Of a DNA stretch of 64,000 nt, positions 61,011 to 64,000 are shown one piece after another. Source of the DNA: Mobula hypostoma (lineage: Eukaryota). Position 1 is the stretch's first letter, and each line of letters opens with the position of its first letter. The stretch spans positions 213,406,001-213,470,000 of the forward strand of contig NC_086097.1 in the NCBI RefSeq assembly GCF_963921235.1. The letters are read 5' to 3'. The notes beneath the pieces are model-generated. The model ran no database searches, was not told where the DNA came from, and saw nothing but the letters and a program-made list of their open reading frames with translations. The position numbers and the translations under genes were made by a program.

Positions 61011-64000
61011 CCATGCTGCTGCAGCTGCAGCTTGATGACCTATGCTTATCAGGGAAAGTGAAGAGGTGATAGACAGGAGCTACAGGGAGGTAGTCATCCC
61101 TAAGCTACAGGGGTCAGAAAACTGGGTCACTGTCAAGAGAGGGAAGGGAAATGCCCGGATAGTGGAGAGCACACCTGTGGCTGTCCCCCTCAGCAACAAA
61201 TATCTTGTTCTGGATGCTGTTGAGGGGGATGACCTGACAGGGGACGCCCACGGTGACCGGGTCTCTGGCACTGAGCCTGGCGCTGTTGTGCAGGAGAGAA
61301 GGAGGGAGAAGAGAAGTGCGGTAGTCGTAGGGGATTCCATAGTCAGGGGAACAGACAGGAGATTCTGTGAGCCTGACAGAGATACCCGCATGGTGTGTTG
61401 CCTCCCAGGTGCCAGGGTACGGGATGTCTCAGATCGGGTCCTGACTATTTTAAAGGGGGAGGGTGAGCAGCCAGTTGTCTTGGTACATGTTGGTACCAAT
61501 GAAATACATAGGACAAAGGAGGAGGTCCTGAAGAGAGATTTCCAGGAGTTAGGAAGGAAGCTGAGAAGCAGGACCTCCAGGGTAGTAATCTCGGGATTGC
61601 TACCTGTGCCACGTGCTAGCGAGGGCAAGAATAGTCAGATCAGGCAGATGAATGCGTGGCTGAGAGACTGCTGTAGGGGGCAGGGCTTCAGATTCTCGGA
61701 TAATTGGGATCTTTTCTGGGGGAAGTATGACCTGTTCAAAAAGGACAGGATACACCTGAACCCGAAGGGGACCAATATCCTGGCGGGAAAGTTTAATAGA
61801 GCTGTTAGGGAGGGTTTAAACTAATTTGGCAGGGGGATGGGAAGGGAATGATAGAGCGGAGGAAGAGGAAAACAGAAATAAATCTAAGATAGTGAGCAGT
61901 AAAGATGTCAGGAAAGACAGGCAGGTGATGGGGCAAATTTGTAGCCACTGGGATGAGTTGTAGTACAATAAAGTTGCAGTGAAATCAAAGCAAAAAGTAT
62001 CAAATACTGGTCTTAAGGTGTTGTACTTAAATGCACGCAGCATAAGGAATAAAGTGGATGATCTTGTGGTACAGCTACAGATTGGCAGGTATGATATTGT
62101 GGCCATCACTGAGACCTGGCTAAAGGATGCATGTCTCTGGGAGCTGAACGTCCAAGGATACACAGTGTATCGGAAGGATAGGAAGGTAGGCGGAGGGGGA
62201 GGCGTGGCTTTATTGATGAGAAATGATATTAAATCATTAGAAAGAGGTGATATAGGATCGGAAGGTGCAGAATCTTTATGGGTTGCTAAGAAATAGCAGG
62301 AGTAAAAGGACCCTGATGGCAGTTACTTATAGGCCTCCAAACAGCTGCAGGGATGTGGACTACAAATTACAACTGAAAATAGAAAAGGCTTGTCAGAAGG
62401 GCAGTGTTATGATAATTGTGGGGGATTTTAACATGCGAGTAGATTGGGAAAATCAGGTCAGCACTGAATCTCAAGAAAGAGAATTTGTAGAATGTCTGCG
62501 AGATGGCTTTTTAGAACAGCTTGTTGTTGAGCCCACTAGGGGATCGGCTCTACTGGATCGGGTATTGTGTAATGAACCGGAGGTGATTAGAGAGATTGAG
62601 GTGAAGGAACCCTTAGGAGGCAGTGATCATAACATGATTGAGTTCACTGTGAAATTAGAAAAAGAGAAGCCGAAATCTGATGTGTTGGGGAGTAAAGGAA
62701 ATTACAGTAGCATGAGAGAGGAACTGGCCAAAGTTGACTGGAAAGGGACACTGGCGGCAAAGACGGCAGAGCAGCAGTGGCTGGAGTTTATGCGAGAAAT
62801 GAGGAATGTGCAAGACAGGTACATTCCAAAAAAGAAGAAATTTTTGAGTGGAAAAAGGATGCAACCGTGGTTGACAAGAGAAGTCAAAGCCGAAGTTAAA
62901 GCAAAGGAGAGGGCATACCAGGAAGCAAAAATTAGTGGGAAGACAGAGGATTGGGAAGTTTTTAAAACCTTACAAAAGGAAACCAAGAAGGTCATTAAGA
63001 GAGAAAAGATTAACTATGAAAGGAAGCTAGCAAATAATATCCAAGAGGATACTAAAAGCTTTTTCAAGTATATAAAGAGTAAAAGACAGGTGAGAGTAGA
63101 TATAGGACCGATAGAAAATGATGCTGGAGAAATTGTAATGGGAGATAAGGAGATGGCAGAGGAACTGAAGGAGTATTTTGCATCAGTCTTCACTGAGGAA
63201 GACATCAGCAGTATACCGGACACTCAAGAGTGGCAGGGAAGAGAAGTGTGCGCAGTCACAATTATGAAAGAGGAAGTACTCAGGAAGCTGAATAGGCTAA
63301 AGGTAGATAAATCTCCTGGACCAGATGGAATGCACCTTCGTGTACTGAAGGAAGTAGCTGTGGAGATTGCGGAGGCATTAGCGATGATCTTTCAAAAGTC
63401 GATAGAATCAGGCATGGTTCCGGAAGACTGGAAGATTGCAAATGTCACTCCGCTATTTAAGAAGGGGGCAAGGAAGCAAAAAGGAAATTATAGACCTGTT
63501 AGCTTGACATGGGTGGTTGGGAAGTTGTTGGAGTCGATTGTCAAGGATGAGGTTACAGAGTACCTGGTGGCATATGACAAGATAGGCAGAACTCAGCGTG
63601 GATTCCTTAAAGGAAAATCCTGCCTGACAAACCTATTACAATTTTTTGAGGAAATTACCAGTAGGCTAGACAAGGGAGATGCAGTGGATGTTGTATATTT
63701 GGATTTTCAGAGGGCCTTTGACAAGGTGCCACACATGAGGCTACTTAACAAGATAAGAGCCCATGGAATTATGGGAAAGTTACATACGTGGATAGAGCGT
63801 TGGCTGATTGGCAGGAAACAGAGAGTGGGAATAAAGGGATCCTATTCTGGTTGGCTGCCGGTTACCAGTGGTGTTCCACGGGGATCAGTGTTGGGGCCGC
63901 TCCTTTTTACATTGTACATCAACGATTTGGATTATGGAATAGATGGCTTTGTGGCTAAGTTTGCTGACAATACGAAGATAGGTGGAGGGGCCGGTAGTGA
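61011..64000 (+). mobile_element. CR1 LINE with partial ORF1 and disrupted ORF2, running off the window
   Basis: ORF1 61042-61824; ORF2 motifs YLNARSIRNK, IVAITETWL, GDFN, SDH, KSPGPDG and NYRPVSL, with frameshifts. Confidence 0.93.
61042..61824 (+). CDS. CR1 ORF1 C-terminal part, SGNH/GDSL esterase-like domain (transposon-derived, 5'-truncated)
   Basis: SGNH blocks VVVGDSIVRG, CLPGA, HVGTNE and DRIHLN in a 260-codon open frame. Confidence 0.8.
   Translation: MLIRESEEVIDRSYREVVIPKLQGSENWVTVKRGKGNARIVESTPVAVPLSNKYLVLDAVEGDDLTGDAHGDRVSGTEPGAVVQERRREKRSAVVVGDSIVRGTDRRFCEPDRDTRMVCCLPGARVRDVSDRVLTILKGEGEQPVVLVHVGTNEIHRTKEEVLKRDFQELGRKLRSRTSRVVISGLLPVPRASEGKNSQIRQMNAWLRDCCRGQGFRFSDNWDLFWGKYDLFKKDRIHLNPKGTNILAGKFNRAVREGLN

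Larger units (their letters stand above)
45960..64000 (+). other. CHD7: CHD7 intron, continues beyond the window
   Basis: No sequence resembling the next CHD7 exon (recalled DKTPPPSPPPEEDEDPGVQ) was seen; the region is repeat-rich. Confidence 0.6.

Noticed and set aside
1..64000. tRNA, rRNA, snoRNA, CRISPR or prokaryotic systems
   Set aside because: None recognised; the window is spliceosomal-intron DNA.

Overview
Vertebrate nuclear DNA. The CR1/Penelope/Rex1 repeat content and the divergence from tetrapod proteins suggest a cartilaginous fish, possibly a ray; this is inference. The window holds the 5' coding part of CHD7 on the + strand: the first coding exon (5045-6879, ATG 5230), a 38.7-kb intron, the next exon (45601-45959), and an intron running off the end. 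The introns are full of transposable elements: several CR1 LINEs (one with an SGNH-esterase ORF1), a Penelope-like element and more than ten short copies of its terminus, Rex1/Babar and L1 fragments, Tc1/mariner and hAT derivatives, and an RTE-related SINE. Highlights: (1) short Penelope-derived insertions with target-site duplications (TSDs) that fold back as hairpins, with the inversion point inside a minimal hammerhead-ribozyme motif; (2) a CHD8/CHD9-type helix motif in this CHD7; (3) two tiny uORFs in the CHD7 leader; (4) an L1 insertion with twin-priming geometry. There are no prokaryotic features. Comparisons with human proteins and repeat consensuses come from memory and need database confirmation.
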